Part shown: positions 7,939-16,272 of the stretch, piece after piece
Numbering within the stretch: the first letter of the stretch is position 1
Layout of the letters: each line of letters opens with the position of its first letter
Virus record (IMG/VR): IMGVR_UViG_3300020374_001013
Coordinates: 1-24,647 of that record
Origin: a virus
Taxonomy: Duplodnaviria > Caudoviricetes
Strand: one strand, 5' to 3'
DNA: 24,647 nt
Notes under the pieces: model-generated
The model's input: the letters and a program-made list of their open reading frames with translations, nothing else
What the model was told of the DNA's origin: nothing
The model's database searches: none
Program-made: the position numbers and the translations under genes

Positions 7939-8611
7939 ATGGGGACACAAATATGTGCCTGAGTACGTTAATGTTCTCAAAAGGATGTGCAAAAGACACA
8001 TCACTGTTCCTTATCAGTTTCATTGCTTTACAGAAAATCCTAAAGGACTGGATGCTGACATAAATGTTATTCCACTAGGAAAAGAACCTTTTATCAAAAC
8101 ATGGTGGAGCAAACTATATATGTTCCATCCTAATAATACTCTTACAGGCACTATACTTTATTTTGATTTGGATGTTATAATTTTTAGAAACATTGATAAA
8201 CTATTTGATCATGACGCCGGCAAGTTCATGATTATTAGAGACTTTAATCGTTGTAGAGTAAAAGATTGGAAACAAAGTAATTCTTCTGTGATGCGTTGGC
8301 AAGGTGGACAACTTAATTACCTGTGGAATGACTTTGCTAAAGATCCTGCAAGAATAATGGGCCACAACCACGGAGATCAGGATTGGATTATGAAACGTGC
8401 GGCAGATGATCTTGTGCATTGGCCAGACTCATGGATTAGAAGTTATAAATGGGAAATGATGGGCAGAAAAGATACCAAAATCCGCAAAGGTGCAAAACAT
8501 ATCTTTGAACATCCACCAACAATTACCGATAAAAATCTAGTTGCTGTGTTTCATGGTGAACCAAAACCATTCAACTGTGGCGATCAATTTGTAATTGACA
8601 ACTGGAAATAA
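7916..8611 (+). CDS. GT-A fold glycosyltransferase (GT8-like phage family)
   Basis: CVKWG, WWSKL, YFDLDV (DxD), NSSVM, HGDQDW, VFHGEPKP. Confidence 0.85.
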   Translation: MNHIVCVKWGHKYVPEYVNVLKRMCKRHITVPYQFHCFTENPKGLDADINVIPLGKEPFIKTWWSKLYMFHPNNTLTGTILYFDLDVIIFRNIDKLFDHDAGKFMIIRDFNRCRVKDWKQSNSSVMRWQGGQLNYLWNDFAKDPARIMGHNHGDQDWIMKRAADDLVHWPDSWIRSYKWEMMGRKDTKIRKGAKHIFEHPPTITDKNLVAVFHGEPKPFNCGDQFVIDNWK

Positions 8612-8622
8612 TCTGTTAAAAT
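8595..8622 (+). promoter_or_regulatory. Sigma70-type promoter, probably leaderless
   Basis: TTGACA(8595)-N16-TAAAAT(8617) with extended TG; ATG at 8629. Confidence 0.7.
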
Positions 8623-8628
8623 AACAAT

Positions 8629-9663
8629 ATGCGTATAGGTTTTTGCTGTAAATGGCTTAATGATAGATCTGAATTTGGCGGTATGAAAGTCAACGCCAAA
8701 GATAGAGAACTTAATGGTAGATCAACAACAATGCGTTGGTTGAGAGAACATCCGAATGATGCTGAACAGCGACAGTGGGACATAATGAATCACAATGCGG
8801 CCGCGGCCAAGAGAATGGTTGAACGTGTAGCAACTTTGCCACCTGAACGTAGAATGGTTAGACTTGGTTCAGAAATGTTGCAAGGCTACACAGAAAAAAA
8901 CTGGAAGGCGTGGTGGCAAAGGAAAGAAATACAAGATCACTGTGCAAAAATATTTGCACCTGTTGGCGAAACTGCAAGACGCTTGGATGTCAAAGTCAGT
9001 TTCCATCCTGGACAATTTTGTTGCCTCAGCAGTGTAACTCCTGACATTGTTGAAAGAAGCATTGAAGAATTTGAATATCATGTGGACATGGCAAGATGGA
9101 TGGGTTATGGCAAGAGTTGGCACGACGGTTGCAAAATTAATGTGCATATTTCAGGTAAACTAGGACCAGAAGGCTTGTTAAAAGTTTTTCCTAGATTATC
9201 CAAAGAAGCACAGAATTTGATAACAATAGAAAATGATGAAATGGGCCATGGCTTAGAAAGCACTCTACTTGTTGCACATAAAATTGCGTTGGTGTTAGAT
9301 ATTCATCATCATTGGATAAGAGCAGAAGAATACATTGATGCAAAAGACGATAGAGTAAAAAAAGTTATTGACTCGTGGCGTGGTGTGAGGCCTACACTAC
9401 ATTATTCTTACAGCAGAGATGAGCATTTGGCTCCAGCAGGACTAGGTGAAAAGATGCACTCAGAAATGCATGATATCAAAATGCTTTTAGAAAAAGGTTG
9501 TAAAAAACAAAAACTTAGAGCACATTCAGATCTTTTGCCTAATGCAAAAGTAAATGCTTGGGCACTGAGTTTTGGCGAACACTTTGATATTCAGACAGAA
9601 GCCAAAGGCAAAAACATGGCGGCTGAACAACTCTACAACCAGTGGCTAAATACTGGTGCATGA
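8629..9663 (+). CDS. uvsE: UV damage repair endonuclease (UvsE/UvdE)
   Basis: RIGFCC, RLGSE, SFHPGQF, INVHISG, TIENDE, LVLDIHHHW, LHYS, RAHSD, EAKGKN. Confidence 0.93.
   Translation: MRIGFCCKWLNDRSEFGGMKVNAKDRELNGRSTTMRWLREHPNDAEQRQWDIMNHNAAAAKRMVERVATLPPERRMVRLGSEMLQGYTEKNWKAWWQRKEIQDHCAKIFAPVGETARRLDVKVSFHPGQFCCLSSVTPDIVERSIEEFEYHVDMARWMGYGKSWHDGCKINVHISGKLGPEGLLKVFPRLSKEAQNLITIENDEMGHGLESTLLVAHKIALVLDIHHHWIRAEEYIDAKDDRVKKVIDSWRGVRPTLHYSYSRDEHLAPAGLGEKMHSEMHDIKMLLEKGCKKQKLRAHSDLLPNAKVNAWALSFGEHFDIQTEAKGKNMAAEQLYNQWLNTGA
9647..9652 (+). promoter_or_regulatory. Putative late promoter core (TAAATA) for the SOD gene
   Basis: TAAATA 7 nt before ATG 9660, inside the 3' end of uvsE. Confidence 0.45.
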
Positions 9664-10208
9664 AATTCACAGAAATAAAAGATCAATCCTGTCCTAGAAC
9701 AAGAGCAGAAACTTGTTCCTGTGAAAGCATCAAAACAATTTCAGAACAAGCCGCAGATGTCAAAGCATATGTTGAATTACAACAAAGCGACAAAGTCAAA
9801 GGCACAATACTATTAATACAGAAACCTGGTACTCCTACTTTGATCAAAGGGAGAATAGAAGGCCTAGAACCAGGCGAACACGGATTCCATATACATGAAT
9901 TTGGTGACATGAGTGACGGCTGTGCTTCAATGGGTGGACATTATAATCCTGACGGAGAAGATCATGGCAACGTAGAAAAAGGTCATGTGGGTGATCTTGG
10001 AAATGTTACCGCAGACGACAACGGAGTTGCGGATTTTACCATAGTGGCTAAACGTGTTGATTTGGTGGGAGATAGATCAGTAGTGGGCAGAGGCATAGTA
10101 ATACACAAAGATACCGATGATCTTGGTCGAGGCGGTGACGCAGAATCACTCAAAACTGGTAACGCAGGTGATCGTTTAGCCTGCGGAGTTATTGTTCTTA
10201 AAGAATAA
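9660..10208 (+). CDS. sodC: Cu/Zn superoxide dismutase (start ATG 9660)
   Basis: HGFHIHEFGD, GGHYNP, HVGDLGNV, GRGIVIH, TGNAGDRLACGVI; ATGA overlap with uvsE. Confidence 0.95.
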   Translation: MKFTEIKDQSCPRTRAETCSCESIKTISEQAADVKAYVELQQSDKVKGTILLIQKPGTPTLIKGRIEGLEPGEHGFHIHEFGDMSDGCASMGGHYNPDGEDHGNVEKGHVGDLGNVTADDNGVADFTIVAKRVDLVGDRSVVGRGIVIHKDTDDLGRGGDAESLKTGNAGDRLACGVIVLKE

Positions 10209-10220
10209 ATCCTGTATAAT
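10192..10220 (+). promoter_or_regulatory. Sigma70-type promoter, probably leaderless
   Basis: TTGTTC(10192)-N17-TATAAT(10215); ATG at 10227. Confidence 0.55.
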
Positions 10221-10226
10221 ATACTG

Positions 10227-11249
10227 ATGCAAAATGTTAACAAATGGCCATTAGAGCATTGGCACATTGAATTGTGTAGTAAATGCAGTTTAAAATGTCC
10301 AAGGTGTTCCAGACAAGAAGTTCCTGAAGGACTGACTAATCAAGAATTGGATTTGGATTGGTTTAAGAAAAACTTTAGTGGCATTGTTAAACATGTGAAA
10401 AAAATAACTTTTTGTGGTAACGACGGTGATGTGATATATGCCAAAGACTTTTTAAAAATTTTGGAATGGCTTAATACTGAAAATTCAGACATACAAAAAA
10501 TTATTATCACAAATGGATCATACAAAACAAGAGATTGGTGGCAAAAATTAAGCAAATTGCTAGACCACAAAGACAGCATACACTTCAGTTTAGATGGATG
10601 GGATCAAGAAAGCAATAGTATATACAGAATCAATTGCAATTGGGAAAGTATTTTGCAAGGCATAGATGTTTTAAGTAAGTCTGCCACAAAGCCTCACATG
10701 TTATGGGCCGCAATTGCATTCAAATTTAATGAAAACAATATTGAAAAAATGAAACAACTTGCAACCAAACTTGGATTTGATAGTTTTCAATTGACACTGA
10801 GTTCAAAGTTTGGTATTAATTCTGATGCGTATCCAAAAAACGATCCGTTGCAACCCAGCACAAAATTTATTTCTCATGGCAGATACACAAGAAAGTTTTA
10901 TAACCTTTCAACATCTCAGTTTCAAGATTCAACCAAAGACCTATTTAGCAAAAGATACGCTGAACTTGATCAGGATGAAAACATAATGCCATTATGCAAA
11001 ATAGGAAACAAAGGACTATATTTAAATCCACAAGGAAATTTTTATCCTTGTTGTTGGACAGATCTAAGATATGCTCACAACAAAAATATTTTTGATTATA
11101 TAGATAGAAATCAAACACTAGAGCAACAAATGAATAATACCAATTGGAATCAGTTGTTTGCCAGTATGCAAGACCAATCTTGTCCCGATGAATGCAAATC
11201 AAAATGCTCAGCAAAACTATGGAGTTATGAACATGCCACACAATGGTAA
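10227..11249 (+). CDS. Radical SAM protein with SPASM/twitch-like C-terminal domain
   Basis: CSLKCPRC (CxxxCxxC), ITNGS, FSLDG, YRIN, and C-terminal PLC...GNFYPCCW...CKSKC. Confidence 0.9.
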   Translation: MQNVNKWPLEHWHIELCSKCSLKCPRCSRQEVPEGLTNQELDLDWFKKNFSGIVKHVKKITFCGNDGDVIYAKDFLKILEWLNTENSDIQKIIITNGSYKTRDWWQKLSKLLDHKDSIHFSLDGWDQESNSIYRINCNWESILQGIDVLSKSATKPHMLWAAIAFKFNENNIEKMKQLATKLGFDSFQLTLSSKFGINSDAYPKNDPLQPSTKFISHGRYTRKFYNLSTSQFQDSTKDLFSKRYAELDQDENIMPLCKIGNKGLYLNPQGNFYPCCWTDLRYAHNKNIFDYIDRNQTLEQQMNNTNWNQLFASMQDQSCPDECKSKCSAKLWSYEHATQW

Positions 11250-11520
11250 AAAATCTTCCAGAGACGAAGTACACAACGGATATGATAAAAAATACAAGTA
11301 TAGCATTTTTCTAAATTGTGACGGAGTGGTTGAAGACTTTATACACTGGTGTGAAAAAAATTGTGAAGGCAAATGGGGATGGTGGTATGAAACAGATCCT
11401 ATATGGGAAACACATTGGGATCATTCCAAAAACAAAGCATACATGAGTTTTGGAAGAAAAAAAGAAGCCACACGTTTTTGGTTTGAAAACTGTAAAGAAA
11501 TATATGACAGCAATTACTGA
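11233..11520 (+). CDS. Hypothetical Trp-rich phage protein (start likely 11227 or 11233)
   Basis: GGAG at 11221-24; WCEKNCEGKWGWW...YMSF pattern. Confidence 0.65.
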   Translation: MPHNGKKSSRDEVHNGYDKKYKYSIFLNCDGVVEDFIHWCEKNCEGKWGWWYETDPIWETHWDHSKNKAYMSFGRKKEATRFWFENCKEIYDSNY

Positions 11521-11911
11521 AAAAATTGAGTATTGGGGTGCCAATTTAAAACTGCTTGAAGGAATGGACAGGTTTCAGTACATCATTGAACAAGCCAGAA
11601 ATGCAAAACCTATGAAACAGGAATACAAGATAAAAGAATTTCAAATCCACGGCTGTGCAAGTAAGTTATGGGTGGTACCAGAAATAAGGCAAGATAGACT
11701 TTTTTTGACTGTGGACAGTGATGCTTTTATTACAAAAGGCACAGCGGCCATTATTGCAGACATTTTTGATGGTCAGTCATGTAGAGAAATATCATTGATA
11801 ACCAAAGAAGATATTGCAAAATTAGGAATTATAGAAATACTGACACCGCAGAGGCAAAATGGTCTCAGCAACATGATCACAACAATTAAAAGGTACGCAG
11901 ATCTAAAATAA
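11504..11911 (+). CDS. sufE: SufE-family Fe-S assembly sulfur acceptor (start likely ATG 11504)
   Basis: DRFQYII, IHGCASKLWV (conserved Cys), DSDAFITKG, LTPQRQNGL. Confidence 0.9.
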   Translation: MTAITEKIEYWGANLKLLEGMDRFQYIIEQARNAKPMKQEYKIKEFQIHGCASKLWVVPEIRQDRLFLTVDSDAFITKGTAAIIADIFDGQSCREISLITKEDIAKLGIIEILTPQRQNGLSNMITTIKRYADLK

Positions 11912-11919
11912 GTATACAC

Positions 11920-12255
11920 ATGGAATGGTTCAAAATTACAGATTCAGCAAAGAAGCAAATGGAAAATTTGCTATCAAAAAACCCAGAAAAGTATGCAGTT
12001 AGCCTTGCTGTGAAAGGTGGCGGCTGTGCAGGCTTCAAATATGATTGGGGATTCATTGATGCCAAAGACACTATTGGCGAAGATGATCACATTGAAGACT
12101 GGGGCACAGGAAAATTTGTTGTTGACAGTCAATCAATGTTGTATGTGGCAGGCACACAGATAGACTGGAAAGAAGAAGTTTTTGGTTCTCAATTTGAAAT
12201 ATCCAATCCCAATGCCACTGCAGGATGTGGTTGTGGAGAAAGTTTTGGAGTGTAA
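11920..12255 (+). CDS. A-type Fe-S cluster carrier (HesB/IscA/SufA family)
   Basis: VKGGGCAGFKY and NPNATAGCGCGESF; TAAGTA box at 11909-14. Confidence 0.93.
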   Translation: MEWFKITDSAKKQMENLLSKNPEKYAVSLAVKGGGCAGFKYDWGFIDAKDTIGEDDHIEDWGTGKFVVDSQSMLYVAGTQIDWKEEVFGSQFEISNPNATAGCGCGESFGV

Positions 12256-12257
12256 CT

Positions 12258-13025
12258 TTGTCCAAAGACACTTGCATAATAATCGGAAATGGTGAAAGCA
12301 GAAATATATTTGGCGATCTTAATCGCCTAAAAGGTCGTGCACCAATATATGGTTGCAATGCAATATACAGAGACTATCCAGATCTCTGTGATAAAATATT
12401 CTGTGTAAATCCAAACATGTATAACGAAGTTGTGGCTGGCAAAGCAGTCAAACCTTTTACTGCGGATGTAATTGGACCAGACAAAATTGTTGATTGGGAC
12501 TATCTTGTTGATGGCGATCCTGAACACCATGTGCCAAAAAATTTAAAAAGTTATAGAATTTGGCTTGGTGGAAGCACCAAAAAAGATGGTGTGAAAAAAT
12601 TAGACTTTACACAGGCAAGAGGCTCAGGATGTAGTGCAGTTCTGTCAGCGGCCAATGAAGGTTATAAAAACATATTGATAGTTGCCTTTGACATACTAGG
12701 AGCAGAACAATGGGACACTTGGCCAGGAGAAATGTCACGCAAACAAAACAACATTTATAAGAACACACAGAACTATGCCAGTAGATTCAGTATGAAGGCC
12801 TATCTAAAATACGAATGGATGTATCAACTCACACAGATTTCAAGACAGTATCCAGACACAAAATTTTGGTTTATAAACAGATTAGAAAACATAACAATGA
12901 ATAAATTTTTACCATTTTACATTGCCTACACCAAACAAAATTTCCATGCAGGTGTGTATGCTAATTTACAAAAATTTTTAGATGGTGAAAGTCTTGACGC
13001 TCTTAAGTGGATATTACCTGCGTAG
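12258..13025 (+). CDS. Rossmann-like putative transferase; paralog of 5110-5745 (start likely TTG 12258)
   Basis: IIGNGESR, YGCNAIYRDY, GSGCSA, ILIVAFDI, NNIYKNT; GGAG at 12247-50. Confidence 0.6.
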   Translation: MSKDTCIIIGNGESRNIFGDLNRLKGRAPIYGCNAIYRDYPDLCDKIFCVNPNMYNEVVAGKAVKPFTADVIGPDKIVDWDYLVDGDPEHHVPKNLKSYRIWLGGSTKKDGVKKLDFTQARGSGCSAVLSAANEGYKNILIVAFDILGAEQWDTWPGEMSRKQNNIYKNTQNYASRFSMKAYLKYEWMYQLTQISRQYPDTKFWFINRLENITMNKFLPFYIAYTKQNFHAGVYANLQKFLDGESLDALKWILPA

Positions 13026-13287
13026 AACTGGCATCTAGTTTGTAGATGTTACGCATTTTGACGCCAATTTCCTGTGCAAACTTTTTTGGATTGCAATGAT
13101 AACACACATGTTTGTAGTCGTTGGTGGCTCTGGCAGGATCAACTTTGGCTCTTGCTCTTAGAAATATAACTCCACAGCAGTCACATTTGAAAACATATAT
13201 GGTGCTTTTTCGTTTGAAGGAATGATATATGCCAAGTTTGCTTTGGCGTTCATAAAGTCGGAGTGTTTTTAACGTTTTTACGAACAT
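13003..13287 (-). CDS. Small basic Zn-finger-like protein (94 aa, MFVKTLKTL...)
   Basis: FKCDCC...HVCYHC; GGAG and TAAATA upstream on the minus strand; the longer ORF to 13503 would overlap a real + gene. Confidence 0.7.
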   Translation of the reverse strand: MFVKTLKTLRLYERQSKLGIYHSFKRKSTIYVFKCDCCGVIFLRARAKVDPARATNDYKHVCYHCNPKKFAQEIGVKMRNIYKLDASSTQVIST

Positions 13288-13301
13288 GGATGCTCCAGAA
13301 A

Positions 13302-13314
13302 TATTTAATAAATA
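13302..13314. promoter_or_regulatory. Back-to-back divergent late-promoter cores (TATTTA-A-TAAATA)
   Basis: Inverted TAAATA boxes between divergent genes, each followed by GGAG and a start codon. Confidence 0.6.
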
Positions 13315-13329
13315 CACGGAGATTATAAT

Positions 13330-13791
13330 ATGGCCAGAATTAATATTGACATCGGAACACTGGGAAACCCTGCCACAGGCGACACTTTGCGTGGTGCCAT
13401 GACCAAAATCAACACCAACTTCACAGAAGTTTATTCGTTGATTGGCGACGGAGACACTGGACTTTTGACCACCAGCGTCACCAACGGTGATATAAAGATA
13501 CAACCTAATGGCACTGGTAATGTTGAAATTGACAGCCTACAGATATCTGACACGACTATCACAGCACTCAACACCAACGCAGACCTTACACTTGGCGTGA
13601 ACGGAACAGGAAACATAGTGGTCAATGATGATAGGATAATTATAAGCACTTCCAAGACTGCTACCGCTGTTGGAAACACGGGAGACAGGGGAGGATCAAT
13701 ATCTTATGATGGAACAAATCTTTATGTTTGCACAGCCAACTACGACGGTTCCACTGCGATATGGAAGAAACTAGTATTACAGGCGATCTAA
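13330..13791 (+). CDS. Virion structural protein with T4 gp9-like N-terminus (baseplate/fiber connector)
   Basis: IDIGTLGNPATGDTLRGAMTKINTNFTEVY; N-x-L-x3-GTG beta repeats; C-terminal YDGTNLYVC...WKK. Confidence 0.75.
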   Translation: MARINIDIGTLGNPATGDTLRGAMTKINTNFTEVYSLIGDGDTGLLTTSVTNGDIKIQPNGTGNVEIDSLQISDTTITALNTNADLTLGVNGTGNIVVNDDRIIISTSKTATAVGNTGDRGGSISYDGTNLYVCTANYDGSTAIWKKLVLQAI

Positions 13792-13792
13792 T

Positions 13793-14692
13793 ATGGCACA
13801 ATTAAACATCAACATAGGTTCACAACCAAACGACGGCACAGGCGATGATCTAAGATCAGCCATGCAAAAGGTAAACACAAACTTTACTGAATTATATGGT
13901 GCATCAACTATTTCTTCACAGATCACAATTGCTGGCAATGAAATAAATTCTAATCAAACCAATGCCAATCTAAAACTTACAGCATCAGGCACAGGTGTTA
14001 TAGAATTCGAAGGTATAGAAATTGGTGATAATCGTATACAAGGCACACGTTCAAATGAAGCACTAATTTTAAGCACATCAGGTACCGGCAAAGTCACAGT
14101 GGAAGGTGGCATGGTTATATCTGGTGGTGACACCACGACAGCAGATTTAACAGTTGGTGGAAACTTGTCTGTAAACTTTATTGAATCATCTGACTCAACT
14201 GCTATACAGATTGGAGACTCTTTAAACATTTCAGGAGTGTTAAGTGCCAATACCATAGATGTAAATGCTATTAGTTCAAACGATTCATCAGAAATACAGA
14301 TTAATGACTCAGTCAACATCACAGGTACGCTGACAGCAGGCACTATTGCAGGAGTAACTGCTTTAACACGTGGACAAGTCAGTGATGGTACAGCAACAAC
14401 TACTTCCAGCACAATAGCAAATCTAGACACTTTTGCAAAAGCAACTTTTAGATCAGCAAAATATGAAGTATCTGTGTCAGACACAACCAACACAAGATTT
14501 GCACTGCACACATTGAGAGTGACCCATGATGGCACTAATGCATTTATAAATGATACCAGCATAAGTTCTACTGGATTGCCAATGGCAACCTTTTCAGCGG
14601 ATATAAGTGGAAGTGATGTGAGAGTGAGAGTGGTGCCAATAAGCAGTGATTCAACCGTATATAAATTTATAAGAACTGCTGTCAACGACTAA
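13793..14692 (+). CDS. Virion structural protein with T4 gp10-like N-terminus (fiber/baseplate)
   Basis: INIGSQPNDGTGDDLRSAMQKVNTNFTELY; Ser/Thr/Gly-rich repeats; C-terminal LDTF..FRSAKY..HDGT domain. Confidence 0.75.
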   Translation: MAQLNINIGSQPNDGTGDDLRSAMQKVNTNFTELYGASTISSQITIAGNEINSNQTNANLKLTASGTGVIEFEGIEIGDNRIQGTRSNEALILSTSGTGKVTVEGGMVISGGDTTTADLTVGGNLSVNFIESSDSTAIQIGDSLNISGVLSANTIDVNAISSNDSSEIQINDSVNITGTLTAGTIAGVTALTRGQVSDGTATTTSSTIANLDTFAKATFRSAKYEVSVSDTTNTRFALHTLRVTHDGTNAFINDTSISSTGLPMATFSADISGSDVRVRVVPISSDSTVYKFIRTAVND

Positions 14693-14722
14693 AATTTTAC
14701 ATTAGGTTTATAAAATTATCAA

Positions 14723-14728
14723 TAAATA
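14723..14728 (+). promoter_or_regulatory. Putative late promoter core (AATAAATA)
   Basis: TAAATA 7 nt before ATG 14736 of a structural gene. Confidence 0.55.
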
Positions 14729-14735
14729 ACTGCAA

Positions 14736-16226
14736 ATGGCAAGACAAACTATCAACATAGGTACTACCGCTAATGACGGCACAGGTGATCCGTTAAGAAC
14801 AGCATTTGACAAAATCAACGACAACTTTGCTGAACTATACGGTGGTGATGACGAGGCTTCAACAATTTTAGAACACGATACTGCACCTAAACTTGCCGCA
14901 AACTTAGATGTAAACAATTTTCAAATAACATCAGATGTAACCAATGGCAATATCAATATACAACCAAACGGCACTGGAAACGTTTCAATTGGTGCCATAC
15001 AATTTAAAGGTACAACTCTATCTTCTTCAGATTCTACAACAGTCAATATAAATGAAGGACTTGTGGTTGACGGTACATTGAACGCAAGTGGTGCCGCAAC
15101 ATTGAGCACTTCTTTGGCACTGGCATCAGGGGCAACAGTAACAGCAATTTTAGATGAAGACAACATGGCTTCAAATTCAGCCACTGCTTTATCAACACAG
15201 CAATCAATTAAAGCATATGTTGATTCACAGGTCACAGCACAAGATTTAGATTTTGCTTGTGATGATTCAACTGCACTTTCTATTGATTTGGATTCTGAAA
15301 CTTTACAGTTTTCAGGTGGTAATGGTATAACCACAGCAGGTACAGGCAACACAGTAACCGTAGCAGTTGACACTGGCACAGTTGCAACATTGACAGATTC
15401 GCAAACATTAACAAACAAAGTTTTAACAGCACCAACTATCAACGGTGCTACAATGACAGGAACTGTCACAGTTGACAGTATTAGCATGAACGACGACGAA
15501 ATATCTACTGCGTCAAATTCAAATTTAAATTTAAATCCAGGTGGCACAGGTACAATTGAACTACAAGCCAACACTAACGTAACAGGAAACGTTGATGTGA
15601 CTGGAACATTGACCACAGACGATATAACAACTGCTGGCACACAGACAATTACAGGCACTTTAAATGTTGACGGCATTACAATCAAAGACAACAAAATAAC
15701 AACTAATGCCTCAGATGCGGTTTTAGAAATTGCCGCAAACTCTTCAGGCACAGTTGATGTTCAAAGTGCAATGACCACAATTGGTCAAACAATTACAGGC
15801 ACAGCATCAATCACAGGACAATTGAACATTGACAATTTAAGAGCAGACGGTAACACAATTTCTGCCACAAACAGTAATGGTGGTATTACAATATCTCCAG
15901 ATGGTTCAGGAATAATAACACTTAATGGAAACTATGTTGCAGTAACAAATTCTCTTTCTGCTAACGATGTTGAAATTGCTAGTGAATTATTATTAGGTTC
16001 AGCGGCTAAAATTGTTTCGATTGCAACCAATTCAGATCTTACACTACAGACAGCAGGTACAGGAACAATTAGAATCAACAATCCACAGACTCAAACCACA
16101 GTGGGCACTAGTGGAAGTGGTAATGCTTTACCAGCCAAACCAAGTGGCTATATCAAAGTTAAAATGGATCTAGGGGATTCTGTTGGCCTAGCCACCTACG
16201 TAATACCGTTCTATCACGCATCATAA
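14736..16226 (+). CDS. Virion structural/tail fiber-like protein with T4 gp10-like N-terminus
   Basis: INIGTTANDGTGDPLRTAFDKINDNFAELY; ATQQSIKAYVD-like and QTLTNK motifs; repeated GTG beta units; YVIPFY C-terminus. Confidence 0.78.
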   Translation: MARQTINIGTTANDGTGDPLRTAFDKINDNFAELYGGDDEASTILEHDTAPKLAANLDVNNFQITSDVTNGNINIQPNGTGNVSIGAIQFKGTTLSSSDSTTVNINEGLVVDGTLNASGAATLSTSLALASGATVTAILDEDNMASNSATALSTQQSIKAYVDSQVTAQDLDFACDDSTALSIDLDSETLQFSGGNGITTAGTGNTVTVAVDTGTVATLTDSQTLTNKVLTAPTINGATMTGTVTVDSISMNDDEISTASNSNLNLNPGGTGTIELQANTNVTGNVDVTGTLTTDDITTAGTQTITGTLNVDGITIKDNKITTNASDAVLEIAANSSGTVDVQSAMTTIGQTITGTASITGQLNIDNLRADGNTISATNSNGGITISPDGSGIITLNGNYVAVTNSLSANDVEIASELLLGSAAKIVSIATNSDLTLQTAGTGTIRINNPQTQTTVGTSGSGNALPAKPSGYIKVKMDLGDSVGLATYVIPFYHAS

Positions 16227-16242
16227 TAGTTTTTATCTGCAA

Positions 16243-16248
16243 TAAATA
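16243..16248 (+). promoter_or_regulatory. Putative late promoter core (AATAAATA)
   Basis: TAAATA in the intergenic gap, followed by AAGGAG and ATG 16273. Confidence 0.55.
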
Positions 16249-16272
16249 TGCATGTAAAGGAGTAAGTTCAAT

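Noticed and set aside
13288-13503. N-terminal extension of the minus-strand ORF to 166 aa
   Set aside because: It overlaps the real gene at 13330; SD and promoter box support ATG 13287
14693-14717. Inverted repeat AATTTTA...TAAAATT as a terminator
   Set aside because: All-AT stem with no U tract; expected by chance in AT-rich DNA
13954-15751. Long minus-strand ORFs (243 aa and 276 aa)
   Set aside because: Antisense shadows of Thr/Ser/Gly-rich structural genes; no motifs and no start signals
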